This document shows positions 26,713 through 39,776 of a stretch of DNA of 64,000 nucleotides, piece by piece (position 1 is the first letter of the stretch; every line of letters starts with the position of its first letter). The stretch is from Octopus sinensis. Its lineage: Eukaryota. The DNA is taken from positions 18,786,001 through 18,850,000 of the forward strand of contig NC_043005.1 in NCBI RefSeq assembly GCF_006345805.1, given 5' to 3'. Below the pieces are notes generated by a model. It was not told where the DNA came from and ran no database searches. It saw only the letters and a list, made by a program, of their open reading frames with translations. A program made the translations under genes and the position numbers.

Positions 26713-27308
26713 GCCCCGTCCTAGCTAAAAAGGATATATACTCACAGACACGACAGAGTTGGGACCTACATATACTGGAAGCTATGCCAACACTATGGAA
26801 TAAAAACAGAAAAACAAATGGTATAGGCACACGCTTGAAAAGGTCACAGAAAACGAGAAAGCAACCATACTTTGGGATATGCCTATACACACAGATAGAG
26901 AAATTAAGGCCAATAGGCCAGATATAGTTGTCAGAGATCATGAATAAAAATGCTTTCTAATTGATGTATCAATACCAGCAGATGACAACGCTTCTCTAAA
27001 AGAAATGGAGAAACTTTCAAAATACAAAGACCTGGAAATAGAGGTAATTCGAAAGTGAAATCTAAAACAGAAACAATTCCTATCATAGTAGGTGCATTAG
27101 GCATGATAAAAAAATATTCAGTCAAATACATAACAAAAACACCAGGTCTTACAAATATATATAACATACAGAAAACTGCACTACTGGGCATTGCACACAT
27201 CCTACACAAAACACTCTCAATACAGTAACCATCTGAGCATCACAACAAACCACAGCACATACCGAAGGCACACAGAACTGCGCTCGGTAGTGAAATGAAA
27301 GCACGATA
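26713..27308 (+). mobile_element. R4/Dong-clade element 3' end with restriction-like endonuclease (RLE) domain
   Basis: ATILWDMPIHTDREIKANRPDIVVRDHE*KCFLIDVSIP...EKLSKYKDLEIE...IVGALGMIKK...LLGIAHILHKTLSIQ*, then (TAA)n(GAA)n. Confidence 0.92.
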
Positions 27309-27899
27309 TAATAATAATAATAATAATAATAATATAATAATAATAATAATATAATAATAATAATAATAATAATAATATAATAATAATAATAATAATATAA
27401 TAATAATAATAAGAAGAAGAAGAAGAAGAAAGAAGAAGAAGAAAGAAGAAGAAGAAGAAGAAGAAGAAGAAGAAGAAAAAACGACAACACTGGGGACATA
27501 TAACTTGTAAGAGAGATAAAACACTGCTCCGAAATCTCTCCAAAACATCGGGAATAATGACAACAATCCTAAAATAACTGATAAAGTCTTGGACTATATC
27601 CGAATGAGTAATAATCATTAACATTTATTTCTATTTTCTGAAGGAAACGATGTGCCACCTCAATCACTCGCACAACACGTGTAAACACGCAGGCCACACT
27701 AACAAAGCACTGGAGTATTCCCGAGTAAGTAATACTCATTAAAATATATTTCTATTTTCCAAATGAAATGATGTTTTTAACTGTGTGTCATTTTCATCAC
27801 CAGCACAGCACTTATAAACACACCCGCCACACCACGATCCAATCTACACCAGACCACCTCCTTCCCCAACCACCATGCACAAATATATCAAGACTAAAT

Positions 27900-30800
27900 T
27901 AAATAATACCCGTATTATCCAACTCTAGTTGGGAAGTACGTACTTTAAACGGGAAGTACGTACTTTAAACTCGTTACACAAAATGTACGAAAATCTATAC
28001 GTGCAAAACCATTCAACACCAGAAATGAACAGACTGCTACCCTACGAAAATGGTGACCATCAAAACAAAGGGCCTGACGTTAATAAAATCAAAAAAGAAT
28101 AAATGGACACGTGAGGAATATCTGTCAATCCTACACACTTATTTTACAGCAGTGTTCTTGTCATAGAACGACAATACAACAACATATACATATAAAATCA
28201 GGAAGGAAAATAACTTAGATAAACATTTGGATACAGCAATGAATCCTAATAAACTAGCTAACATATGGAGATATATTCTCAAAACAAACAAACAAAAATC
28301 AGAAATACAAATACAATATTTAGAAGGAAAATATATATGGAAAACGTAGATGGTAGCCACACAGCAATACCAAATTATATCATAAGCACTGGGACTGTAA
28401 AAGACGAAGACAAACGTAACATGTCTAACAAAAACGAAGTAAAGAATAACGAAAGACAACAAACGCTGACTGTAGGAATGGATAATGATAAGCAAAATGC
28501 GCCAAACCAGAACAGCGAAGACACAAATATTAATGGGAGGGAATACGAAACAAATCTAAACCCTGGAAACAGTGACACTTATGATTATGATACTCTAAAA
28601 ATGAGCATGATCAAAGAATTGAAAGCCACAGATCTCCGTATGGACCACCAATTGTACCTCCCAAAATTTAAAATTGATAATATAACAGCATCAATAATAA
28701 ATAGTATGAACCTGGCCGTTACAGAAACAAATGTCAACATGGCCAGGCTAAATGATATAATATATGCAGCAGCATCTGTGGCCGCAGAAGAAGCTGAATT
28801 TCGCCACAAACCCATCCAAACAGGAGTATTACCACCCAAAAAATACCCTGTGGTAAATAGTATCCTGAAAAAAATAGAAAATGAGAGAACGGATCTGTCA
28901 ATCCTTAATGAAACTATTAGACAAGAAATACTATTAAACAACAAGAAGAGAAGAAAATACTACGTAGATACAAAATTACAGAACAGGGTATACCTGAGGC
29001 AAAAGAACAGCTAAAGCAAGACATCCGCGCCAAAACACAAAGACTCTGCCGGTATGAGAAATGACGGTATGCCAACGTTTCTTTGAACAAAACAAACAGT
29101 TCAACGCAATCCCCAAGAACTTGCCAATAATAAAATACAGACCAATGTAGTACCAACAACAGAAGAAGTGGAAGAATTTTGGAAAGAAATATGGTCGGCG
29201 AAGGAACAACCTCAGAAAAGGTCTATCACAACAACGAACATAGCACCCGAACAACTCTGAACCCCCATAACAATTGAAGAGGTCACCCGGGCACTGCAAA
29301 AGCTAAGCAAATGGAATGCACCCAGGCACGATAAGATCCCCAACTTCTGGTTAAAATACCTAATAGGAATACATAACTAGCTGGCTGAGAAATTTAATGA
29401 AATACAATGCCTCAACGGCTCATGGCAGGGAAAACTATCCTAATTCCGAAATCCATTGAAACGGCAATTCTACAAAATTACAAACCGATAACTTGTCTCC
29501 CTATAATTTACAAAGGCTTTAAAGCAATAATATCGCAGAGAATGAGCAATCATCAGGAAGAAAACAATCTGTTTCGAAAAGAGCAGAAGGGATGCTGCTA
29601 GGGATCATGCGACTGTAAAGATCAGCTAATGATCAATAATGCCATAACTGAAGACAGCTGCAGAAAGAAGAAGGTTCTAAGTATGGCCTGGATCGATTAC
29701 CGAAATGTGTTTGATAGTATTCCCCACACATAGATCCTAGAAACGCTAGCCATGAACAAAGTAGCACCAATAATCATAAAATATATAAAACATTCAATGA
29801 ATAAATGGCAGTCAGTGTTACAGATCCAGACAAAAGTGGGACTCATAAAAACCAAAGTTATCTCCATTACAAGAGGAATATTCCAAAGAGACACACTCTC
29901 TCGCCACCTTTTCTGTTTGGCACTGACACCTTTATCTGATAGGCCAAACAGTACTGTATGTGGATGCAAATGTTACGGCAAAACAATCAGCTACTTTTTA
30001 TATGTGGTGACCTTAAACTGTACGTTTCAAATGATAAACAGCTGAAAATATTACTACAGGTAGGGCATGGATTTACCAAAGAAATAAACATGAAATTTGG
30101 CTTAGCAACCTTGAAAAAGGAAAACTAGTTCAGAGTAGCAACATCACACTAAATAAAGCAAATGAAATATGAGAATTAGACCAAAGCCAGACATACAAAT
30201 ACTTAGGAATCAATGAACTAGATACGATACAACACACACAAATGAAAGAGAAGATGAGAAAAGAATACTATAGACGAGTTAGCTTATTACCGAAAAAAGA
30301 GCCCAATGCAAAACCAAGGTAATAGGTATCAACACTCAAGACATCCCAGTTATAAGTTACAGCTACAATATTCTTAACTGGACTCTAAATGAACTAATCA
30401 AAATAGACAGGAAAACAAGAACAATAATAACAGGATTTAGGATGCACCACCCAAAATCTTACATAGAAAGGTTATATATACAACGTATGGAAGTTGGTAG
30501 AGGCCTTATACAGTTAGAAACTATTACAAAATAACCACCATAAAACTACAGAAATACCTACATCAGAAGCAAATGCAAAAAGAGATGTCATAGCATTCAA
30601 CAACTATGAAAAAAAAAGAAGAAACAACAAAAGCTGTAAAACAACTGAAATATAAACTAAAACTAGAGCAGCAACGGATCAAGATAAAATGATGGCAAGA
30701 AAAGCCACTTGATGGCAAATATTGGGTTAAACTAAACGGAAAAGAAATAGACAAAGGAAAATCCCTACAATAACTGAGAAGCTCAGTACTCAAAGCAGAG

Positions 30801-31083
30801 ACTGAAGCAGAGACTGAAGTCTAAAAACAGAAACAATTCCCATTATATTAGGCGTATTAGGTATTATGACAAACATATTCAGAGAAATACATAACAAAAA
30901 CACCAGGAGTAACAAGTATAAATAACATACAAAAACTAGCACTACTAGACACCGCACACATCCTACGTAAAACACTTTTAATACAGTAAAAATAAGAGTA
31001 TCATAACAAACCACAGTACATATCCAAGGCACACATAGCTGCGCTTGGTAGTGCAGAGAAAGAACGTTATAAAAATAAGACCG

Positions 31084-31088
<5 letters not shown>
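27900..31088 (+). mobile_element. Near full-length decayed R4/Dong-clade element (N-terminal domain plus RT; most of RLE deleted)
   Basis: KWTREEY...NKLANIWR N-terminal motif; RT motifs NYKPITCLP, KEQKGC, KDQLMIN, WIDYRNVFDSIPH, RGIFQRDTLS; 3' end homologous to the 26713 copy, then (TAA)n. The 5' boundary is uncertain. Confidence 0.9.
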
Positions 31089-31156
<68 letters not shown>

Positions 31157-31334
31157 TGAGAACTGTTGCTGCTCATGTATTTTAATTTAACTTAAAAAAA
31201 AAAAAAAATTTTTTTAATGAACGAACTATTAATGGCCTACCAATATATACTATGAGTTTCTTTGCCCTAGGAGTCTGGAAGACACTCAGCAAGAAATGGA
31301 AGCAAATTTAAAAGAAGAAAAAAAAATAATAATG

Positions 31335-31411
<77 letters not shown>

Positions 31412-31459
31412 AAGAAGAAGAAGAAGAAGAAGAAGAAGAAGAAGAAGAAGAAGAAGAAG

Positions 31460-31690
31460 AATCTTTTCTACTCTAGGCACAAGGCCCGAAATTTGGGGGG
31501 AGATGGGGCAGTCGACCCCAGTACGCAACTGATCGACCCCAGTACGCAACTGTTATTTAATTTATCGATCCTAATTGAATGAAAGGCAAAGTCGACTTCG
31601 ACGGAGTTTGAACTCAGGACTTAACGACAGACGACATTCTGCTAAGCATTTTGCCCGACATGCTAACGTTTCTGTCAGCTCACCACCTTA
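31460..31690 (-). mobile_element. SINE family B, tail 2, ending in (TTC)n
   Basis: Reverse complement of the family B head/body with the GCCTTGTGCCTAGAGTAGAAAAGA tail. Confidence 0.85.
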
Positions 31691-31739
<49 letters not shown>

Positions 31740-31908
31740 CATTTTATTTGCCACAAGAGCGAAGGATGAGGGGGGACAATACAAAGACAAACATAAAGTG
31801 CGGGGTTTACATCTACTGGAATGATAAAAAAAAGTATACATGGTATGTACTGAAAAAGAAGCATAGCATACAAAGGTTGAAAGTCCCACAGACCGGATTC
31901 TGTGGGAC

Positions 31909-31910
<2 letters not shown>
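31740..31910 (-). mobile_element. Short retroelement 3' end with AATAAA and (TCA)n tail; 5' end is a 12-bp hairpin
   Basis: Minus strand ends GGCAAATAAAATGAAATCATCATC... AAGTCCCACAGA / TCTGTGGGACTT at 31881-31910. Confidence 0.5.
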
Positions 31911-31990
<80 letters not shown>

Positions 31991-32044
31991 CATTATTATT
32001 ATTATTATTATTATTATCATTATTGTCATCAAAAAATCATTATT

Positions 32045-32345
32045 ATTATTATTTATGGTTTCCTTTCATTCTAACTTTATTTCAGCTGCCTCAGTACAGG
32101 GCAGCAAGGGTACTTTTGTTTTTGCTATGCATGTTAAAAATATAACCACATCTGATCCATTCTAGATGGAGAGTGCTTTCCTTAGTATATGGGCTATACA
32201 CGTCAAGATTATCTTTTGTAGTTCACGGAGAGTAGATTTAGCAGGGAGTTGCTTAATATACTTAAAATGCTTTTCAGCTCCCTTCTTTATCATTCCCGAC
32301 GCACCAATTACTGTCCATCAACCACAATCAGTGGTTGTTGCATGA
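32045..32345 (-). mobile_element. R4/Dong-clade 3' fragment
   Basis: VIGASGMIKKGAEKHFKYIKQLPAKSTLRELQKIILTCIAHILRKALSI* (stop at 32162-32164), running into (TAA)n. Confidence 0.8.
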
Positions 32346-32484
32346 ATTGGCGATGTAACTCTATTTCTTTTCATCTGATTTTTCTTTTGTTTTCCTACCT
32401 ACAGGGGTCGATGCAATCGACTTCTTCGTCGGCAGCCAAGAAAATCTGACCCTGTGCTAACATTTAAAGCATTATTATCAGTGG

Positions 32485-32885
32485 TAGGAAGGCGGTGAGC
32501 TGGTAGAAACGTTAGCACACCGGCCGAAATGCTTAACGGTATTTCGTCTGTAGTTACGTTCTGAGTTCAAATTCCGCCGTGGTCGACTTTGCCTTTCATC
32601 CTTTCAGGGTCGATTAAATAAGTACCAGTTACGCACTGGGGTCGATATAATCGACTTGATCCGTTTGTCTGTCCTTGTTTGTCCTCTCTGTGTGTAGCAC
32701 CTTGTGGGCAGTAAAGAAATAGGTATTTCGTCTGCCGCTACGTTCTAAGTTCAAATTCCGCCGAGGTTGACTTTGCATTTCATCCTTTCGGGGGTCGATG
32801 AGACAAGTAGCAGTTACGCACTGGAGTCGATACGATCGACTAGCCCCCTTCGCACAAAATGTTCATGGCCTTGTGCCTAGAGTAG
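32485..32885 (+). mobile_element. Nested or tandem SINE family B (tail-1 copy joined to a tail-2 copy at GGTATTTCGTCTG)
   Basis: After ...AAAGAAATA the sequence restarts at the internal motif GGTATTTCGTCTG of the family head. Confidence 0.85.
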
Positions 32886-32899
32886 GAATAAATATTATC

Positions 32900-32941
<42 letters not shown>

Positions 32942-33609
32942 GCTGATGCTGGTGGTGTTGTTGGTGGTGGTGGTAGTTTATGTTGTTGCTGCTGCTACTG
33001 CTGCTGTTGTTGTTGCTGCTGCTACTGCTGCTGTTGTTGTTGCTGGTGTTGTTGCATTTCTTAACACTAAAAACTTATTCGATAAAGATCGATTTAAATA
33101 CGCAACAGAATGAAGAGATAAAGTCGATGCTATCGGCTGACAGCCTGTAGTGCAGTTCAGTGGTGGAACGTGGTGAAAGAGGAATCGTTATGATTAACTT
33201 AAATATATTGATGATTAACGAAATATTTAAAGATTAACCTATGATTCAACGGCATTAAATCATTGGTTAATTACCAATAAATCTACCAAACTTAAAGAAC
33301 TTATTAGTAAGCTACAAACAGATTCTGTTAACGTGACCTCGGCGAATTAATCATACTGTTGCATCGTTTAGTGGTGAATAATAAATAAAACTTTTAATTC
33401 TCTTACCTGATGGTATTCAAGTGTTTCGGTTGACAGCCGCAGCGAACTGCATACATTCTTATTTTAGGAAGGACTTGGAAAAATCTCATTAGAACAACCA
33501 AGCATTTATTAGTCTCGCAAAACCATGTGCCTAGAATGTCTTGTTTCGGTCGTGTTATCCTAGCAGCGTTTACTCTGACTTTAGAGACGAGTAGGGAAAT
33601 GACAATACC

Positions 33610-33840
33610 TATTTCTTTACTACCCACAAGGGGGCTAAACATAGAGGGGACAAACAAGGACAGACATAGGTATTAAGTCGATTACATTGACCCCAGTGCG
33701 TAACTGGTACTTAATTTATCGACCCCGAAAGGATGAAAGGTAAAGTCGACCTCGGCGGAATTTGAACTCACAACGTAACGGCAGACGAAATACCGCTAAG
33801 CATTTCGCCCGACGTGCTAACGTAACAGCCAGCTCGTTGC
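33610..33840 (-). mobile_element. SINE family B, tail 1, 7-bp TSD
   Basis: CAATACC at 33603-33609 and 33841-33847 (GGTATTG in element orientation). Confidence 0.88.
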
Positions 33841-34231
33841 CAATACCAGATGCAGTGAGGCCTCTCCCTGCTGTTATGGTTCGTTGATTTTGCTCATCTT
33901 AATCAGCAAGTTTCAACATCTTGTATCTTTGAACCGTTGCCGTGTTCCAGCCTCCAGTGGGTAACAATGTCCGCAACGTCCGTCTACGTTTCAACGTTCT
34001 TGTAAATAATGTTCATACCTCACTTGTGTGTCTCGCCTGATGCCGGTTCCGCACTCTGCACGTCTTACTGAATCTTTTCACCTGATGTACTGTAAAATGT
34101 GACCCAGCTAGAGGAGACGTCGTTGATGGAGTGGCAGGAAACGTTTGGGAGTTTTGTCGCGATTTAGGACCTTTCGTGTTACGCTTAGAAGCGAAATCAA
34201 TAAATAAACGAATGTCTATATATATATGTAT

Positions 34232-34440
34232 ACTCTTTTACTCTTTTACTTGTTTCAGTCATTTGACTGCGGCAATGCTGGAGCACCGCTTTTAATCGAG
34301 CAACTCGACCCCGGGACTTATTCTTTTGTAAGCCCAGTTCTTATTCTATCGGTCTCTTTTGCCGAACCGCTAAGTAACGGGGACATAAACACACCAGCAT
34401 CGGTTGTCAATCAATGCTAAGGGGACAAACACAGACACAC

Positions 34441-34481
<41 letters not shown>

Positions 34482-34646
34482 TACGATGGGCTTCTTTCAG
34501 TTTCCGTCTACCAAATTCACTCACAAGGCTTTGGTCGGCCCGAGGCTATAGTAGAAGACACATGCCCAAGGTGCCACGCAGTGGGACTGAACCCGGAACC
34601 ATGTGGTTCGTAAGCATGCTACCTACCACAGAGTCACTCCTGCGCC
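34232..34646 (-). mobile_element. SINE family A, full length
   Basis: Reverse complement of the family consensus. Confidence 0.9.
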
Positions 34647-34664
34647 TATATATGTATACGTATA

Positions 34665-34698
<34 letters not shown>

Positions 34699-34704
34699 AG
34701 TAGA

Positions 34705-35926
34705 TATTCAGGACATTGAGAATGAAATCTCCGATTTTGAATTGAAACTTTATTTTACTTTATCTCAACAAAAAGCTACGTAGTTAATCAAAATATGCAC
34801 CTAAATCATCAATACAATTTTGGCATTTTATCAGTAACCTATTTATGCCGGCAGCGAAGAATCCTGGAGGTCAAGAGGTGATGAAATCACGAAAGTCTCT
34901 TTTTGCATCTTCTTCAGATTTGAAGTTTTTTTTCCTTGTAAAAAGTTCCTAATGCCTAGTCAGTTGGTGCAATGTCTGGTGAATATGGTGGATGACAGAG
35001 TACTTCCAAGTTCATTTCCTGTAACTTGAATAACATTCTTTGTGCAACATGTGGTCGAGCATTGTCTTACAAGAGAATTGGACTGTCTCTGTTGACCAAT
35101 CTCGGTTGTTTAATTACAAGTTCATTCATCATTTGATCCAATTGGTATACATCTGCTATAATTGACTTACCAGGTCTCATGAAGCTGTAGTAGATGACAC
35201 CAGCGCTGGACCAACAAACAGACTCCATTAGCTTTTTTGTTGTTGTTTTTTGGGGGGATTGTGTTTTGGCACTTCGTCTCTACCCAACCATCATGCAGAA
35301 CGCTTGTTATTGTTGAAAAGAAGCTATCTTCCATCCCATGTAACAATGTGATGCAAAAATGGTTCGCTTTCATGCTGTGACAGCAAAGAACAAGTTTCAA
35401 GACGACGTGCCATTTGATGAGTTCGTGTAGAACTCACTTGACCAGTTTCTTTATCTTACCGATTTGTTTCAGATGATCCAATACCGTTGGAATCGAAACA
35501 TCAAACTTTGCTGCTAACTTACGCATAGTTTGAGATGTATCTGCTTCCACTACAGTTTCCAGCTTATCATTATCCACCTTGATCTCAAGTCTAACACGGG
35601 GTTGAATTTCAGGAGGAGAGTCACCAGATCGGAACTTCTCTAAACATCGACGCCACATCTTCACCAAATATCTCATTGACGTTTCGAGCTGTCTTGGATG
35701 CATTGGTTCCACGACGGAACTCATATTCATAAACAACACGAATTTATTATCTGTCCATGTGTTCACAAAAATTGATTTACAAGAGAAAACTCACAATATA
35801 ATCAGACACCATGAATTGCATTTCGAAATGTGAGGATGTAACTCTTCAATGTTATGAAACAAAGAATTGTCTGATTAAAACATTAGAGTTAACGACTGTC
35901 AAACTGTCATTCTTAATGGCCCAATA
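34705..35926 (-). mobile_element. Decayed mariner element (second subfamily)
   Basis: Minus strand KFRSGD...LETVVEAD...FLHRIVTWD...DNARPH...HPPYSPDIAPTD...GAYFD*. Imperfect TIRs TATT...CATT(A/G)AGAATGA. Confidence 0.88.
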
Positions 35927-36857
35927 TATATGTGTGTGAGCGTGTGTGAAGGCATACATACCGATATGCATAGAAATGTGTTGTTTATATCCAAATCTCC
36001 ATTATTTAAACATTAAAAAATCAGATTATTGTTATAGGAGTGGGTGACACAGTCTGTAAAGGACAACAAAAATTACACGGTTATAGCTCTGTGCCTTCGG
36101 AATTGAAATTTCCTCGAGATCCAATTAGACTTTCACTTTTCTGAGATGATTAACTTAAGAAAAATCGTGTTTCGGAAGCTATGATAAACTGGTCGTTCCT
36201 TGCTTTCTCATTAAAATTCTAAACGTAGTCTCAGTGATTATTTTTGAATTATTAAAAGTGCAATGGATAGCAGAATATCGAGATAAAGTGGAAAGCAAAA
36301 ACAAAGAAATTTATGTAACTTTAAGTTCTACTTTCAAATTCAACCTCCACTGAGTTTTGCATTTCATCTTTTAGTTATTAATAAAGCCAGTACCCAACAA
36401 CAGTACACCACCATCACCAACAACACCAGCAACAACAACACCAGCACCGCCACCGTCTCAACAATGCGTAGTCAATATCTATGCGTAGTCAATCTTTATT
36501 ACTGAGTGATAATAATGGCCACTGTTATTCAATTATTATCAGTATAACTGAATTATTGTCGCTATAATAATTGAATTGTATTTACAAATTGTACATCGGT
36601 GTTGTGACAATTCCCTGTGTCTCGCATTCAATGAAACGGGAAAAAATTAATTTACTTAACGAAATATATAAATATATTATAGGATGCTATTTGAAATCGA
36701 TCCCATGCAAAATAACGAGCGACATTTGAATCTGCAAAATTGATTACATTACTGTTTTGCCAATAGGTATCGCACCACTCTCGTCATATTTTGGAAAACT
36801 ATATTAATTTCTAATTGGTTCATATTTATATCGATATTTATCTAGCTCACTTACCGT

Positions 36858-36899
<42 letters not shown>

Positions 36900-37176
36900 C
36901 ACATACACATGTTAACACACATACATACACACGCACACATACATATAGGTACATATGTATATATAACATATATCTTTTAGTTTTTGGATGCTTAAGTCAT
37001 TAGACTACAACCATACTGGAGCACCTCTTTGAAGAACTTGTATTCGAATGAATTGCCCCTAGTACAATTTTTAAGACTGGTAATTATCCTATCGGTCGCA
37101 TTCACCGAACCGCTTAGGTACTGGAAAACGGAAATGTAAACACATCAACACAATATATATATATATATATATATAT

Positions 37177-37215
<39 letters not shown>

Positions 37216-37225
37216 TATATATATA

Positions 37226-37531
37226 TGTGGTGACCCCCTTCGGTCAGACACTGACCATGGGTTTGCACCTAGAGAGTTACCCTCTGAGGCACAATCTGGG
37301 CAAGGTTGTTTTATGGAAGACCAGCAGTCGCCCTTGCATACCGGCCTCCCCCTCCACGTCACCGATGTTGTCCAAGGGAAAGGCAAGGGCCGATACTGCT
37401 TGGCTGAGTGAACTGGAGCAACGTGAAATAAAGTGTCTTGCTCAAGAACACAACACGCAGCCCGGTCCGGATCGAGCTCACAACCTCACGATCGTAGCTC
37501 GACGCTCTAACCACTGAGCCACGCGCCTTCA
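37226..37531 (-). mobile_element. tRNA/CORE-type SINE (family C)
   Basis: GAAGGCGCGTGGCTCAGTGGTTAGAGCG head, GTTCTTGAGCAAGACACTTTATTTCAC core-like segment and a distinct tail; inserted in (TA)n. Confidence 0.85.
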
Positions 37532-37533
37532 TG

Positions 37534-37566
<33 letters not shown>

Positions 37567-37576
37567 CATAATAAAT

Positions 37577-37671
<95 letters not shown>

Positions 37672-37912
37672 ATAATATATTATATATATATATATGCACT
37701 TCTTAATTTGAACGGAGGCAATGTAAGCGGAAACCAGAGGAATATAATCAATGACCATACTCGAAGACCAAATAGATACATATATTTATATATTCCTCCA
37801 CATTTACAAAACGGATGTATAAATTCCAGATATGAAGTATTCTTTGCGAGTATTGTTAACATGGCAATCTCAAATTAAAGCTTTGTATTTTACATACGTA
37901 CATACTACATAC

Positions 37913-38015
<103 letters not shown>

Positions 38016-38719
38016 TATATCTAAACGAGGCTACTCTGGAATGACCTTATTAAAGCATTTAGCTTTAACTAGAATACAATCAGCAACATTGTCTGATTTG
38101 AACTAGTAGACTGCCAGGTCGTGCAAATTGCACTAATATTAGCGCCAAGCAGTTTTTAGGCATAAGCAAAGTTTAGGCTTGTAAAAGAATGTTTGGGGGC
38201 CATATTTCAGCTATTAAAAGGCTTTTCCTTTTAGGCATATTTCTCATTGATAACGTCTAAGGAGCTAGATCCAACGCTGTCTGGGAATCCTGATAAAATG
38301 CGAATCTGGACAGATATGGTTCTTTACACCTTTTTATCATAAGAGAAATTTTTCTGCACGGTAATTGCAGTGAATGTGCCTTTTAGCAGTTGGAACTGTT
38401 AAAAGGCAAATTCACTGCAGTGAACAGCATTTATTATATGCATGTATCATTAAATATGTAGCTATGTTCAAGTTTTATCTTTTTAATATCTTATTTTTAA
38501 TATCTTTTCATTACAAATCTTTAGCTAACGTGTCTAGACCTTCCCAGTTTCATTACCTAGAATACAATTGTATATACTTGGCGTTTGCATTATTGATATA
38601 CTGATTAAGTTCATATAGCCTTTGCCACCAAATGTCTTTTGACCGTCCGCACGATGCATCAGTATTTACATGTTAATTTGTCACTGTGAAATGTTCCCCT
38701 ACAAACACACGCTCACACA

Positions 38720-39208
38720 CACACACACATGCATAGAAAATACACAAACACGGATATGCAAGTACATGAATATACAGAATACATACATACAGATGCACAC
38801 ACACACATATATATATATAAATACACATGCATACATACACACATACATACGTACATGCATGCATAGACAACACACACATGCATACATACACACATACATA
38901 CGTACATGCATGCATGCATAGACACACACACACATGCATAGAAAATACACAAACACGGATATGCAAGCACATGAATATACAGGATACATACATACAGATG
39001 CACACACACCACACACACATATATATATATAAATACACATGCATACATACACACATACATACGTACATGCATCCATAGAAACACAACATGCATACATACA
39101 CACCTACATACGTACATGCATGCATGCATAGACACACACACATGCATAGAAAATACACAAACACGGATATGCAAGCACATGAATATGCAGGATACATACA
39201 TACAGATG

Positions 39209-39242
<34 letters not shown>

Positions 39243-39300
39243 AATACACATGCATACATACACACATACATACGTACATGCATGCATAGACACACACACA
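38720..39300. repeat. ~205-bp-period tandem repeat (3 units) built from CA/TA microsatellite pieces
   Basis: GCATAGAAAATACACAAACACGGATATGCAAG recurs at 38731, 38936 and 39144. Confidence 0.9.
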
Positions 39301-39357
39301 CACACTGACCCACACACATGCGCACAAACAAACAAAAAGAAACGCAGTGCAAATAAC

Positions 39358-39552
39358 AGAGTCAAGACTATTGAAAAGGTTGCAAGACGCAACGAAAATT
39401 TTAGGAAAATAAAAATAAGACTTAAGGGGCAATTTTACCGGTGAGCATGTTAAATTATAAGGCACAAAAAGAAAATGAATCTCCCCAGACACAACAGAAT
39501 ATGCTTCAACACACGAACTCACATAAGAATCTTACAAACCAAATCCCAAACG

Positions 39553-39557
<5 letters not shown>
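39358..39557 (+). repeat. Interspersed non-coding repeat (family P), related to 55965-56258
   Basis: GAGTCAAGACTATTGAAA...TTTTACCGGTGAG...CTCCCCAGACACAAC is shared. Confidence 0.75.
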
Positions 39558-39608
<51 letters not shown>

Positions 39609-39738
39609 AAAATAGTAAAGTGTGAAAAAACGACAGAAGGCTTAAATGTTAAAAAAATATATATTTGTGTCAAAATGTCTGGAGAATATTGGAAAAATTT
39701 TTTCCTTCCTTAAAATGACATAATTTTAAAATTTTTAA

Positions 39739-39776
39739 AGAAATTACCGGTTTCGCGTGTAGCTTTTCAAATTTTT
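39739..39776 (-). ncRNA. Minimal type I hammerhead ribozyme motif, U3-A8 variant (inverted copy, one stem I mismatch)
   Basis: Minus strand AAAAAT-TTGAAAA-GC-TACAC-GC-GAAA-CCGG-TA|ATTTCT. Confidence 0.6.

Noticed and set aside
27480-27640. RQHWGHI / KVLDYIR fragments suggesting another LINE 3' end
   Set aside because: Too short and frame-inconsistent to assign; may be part of the R4 5' region.
29648-29670. CTGAAGA...GAAA inside the R4 RT
   Set aside because: No proper stem II closure, no NUH and no stem I; chance match in coding sequence.
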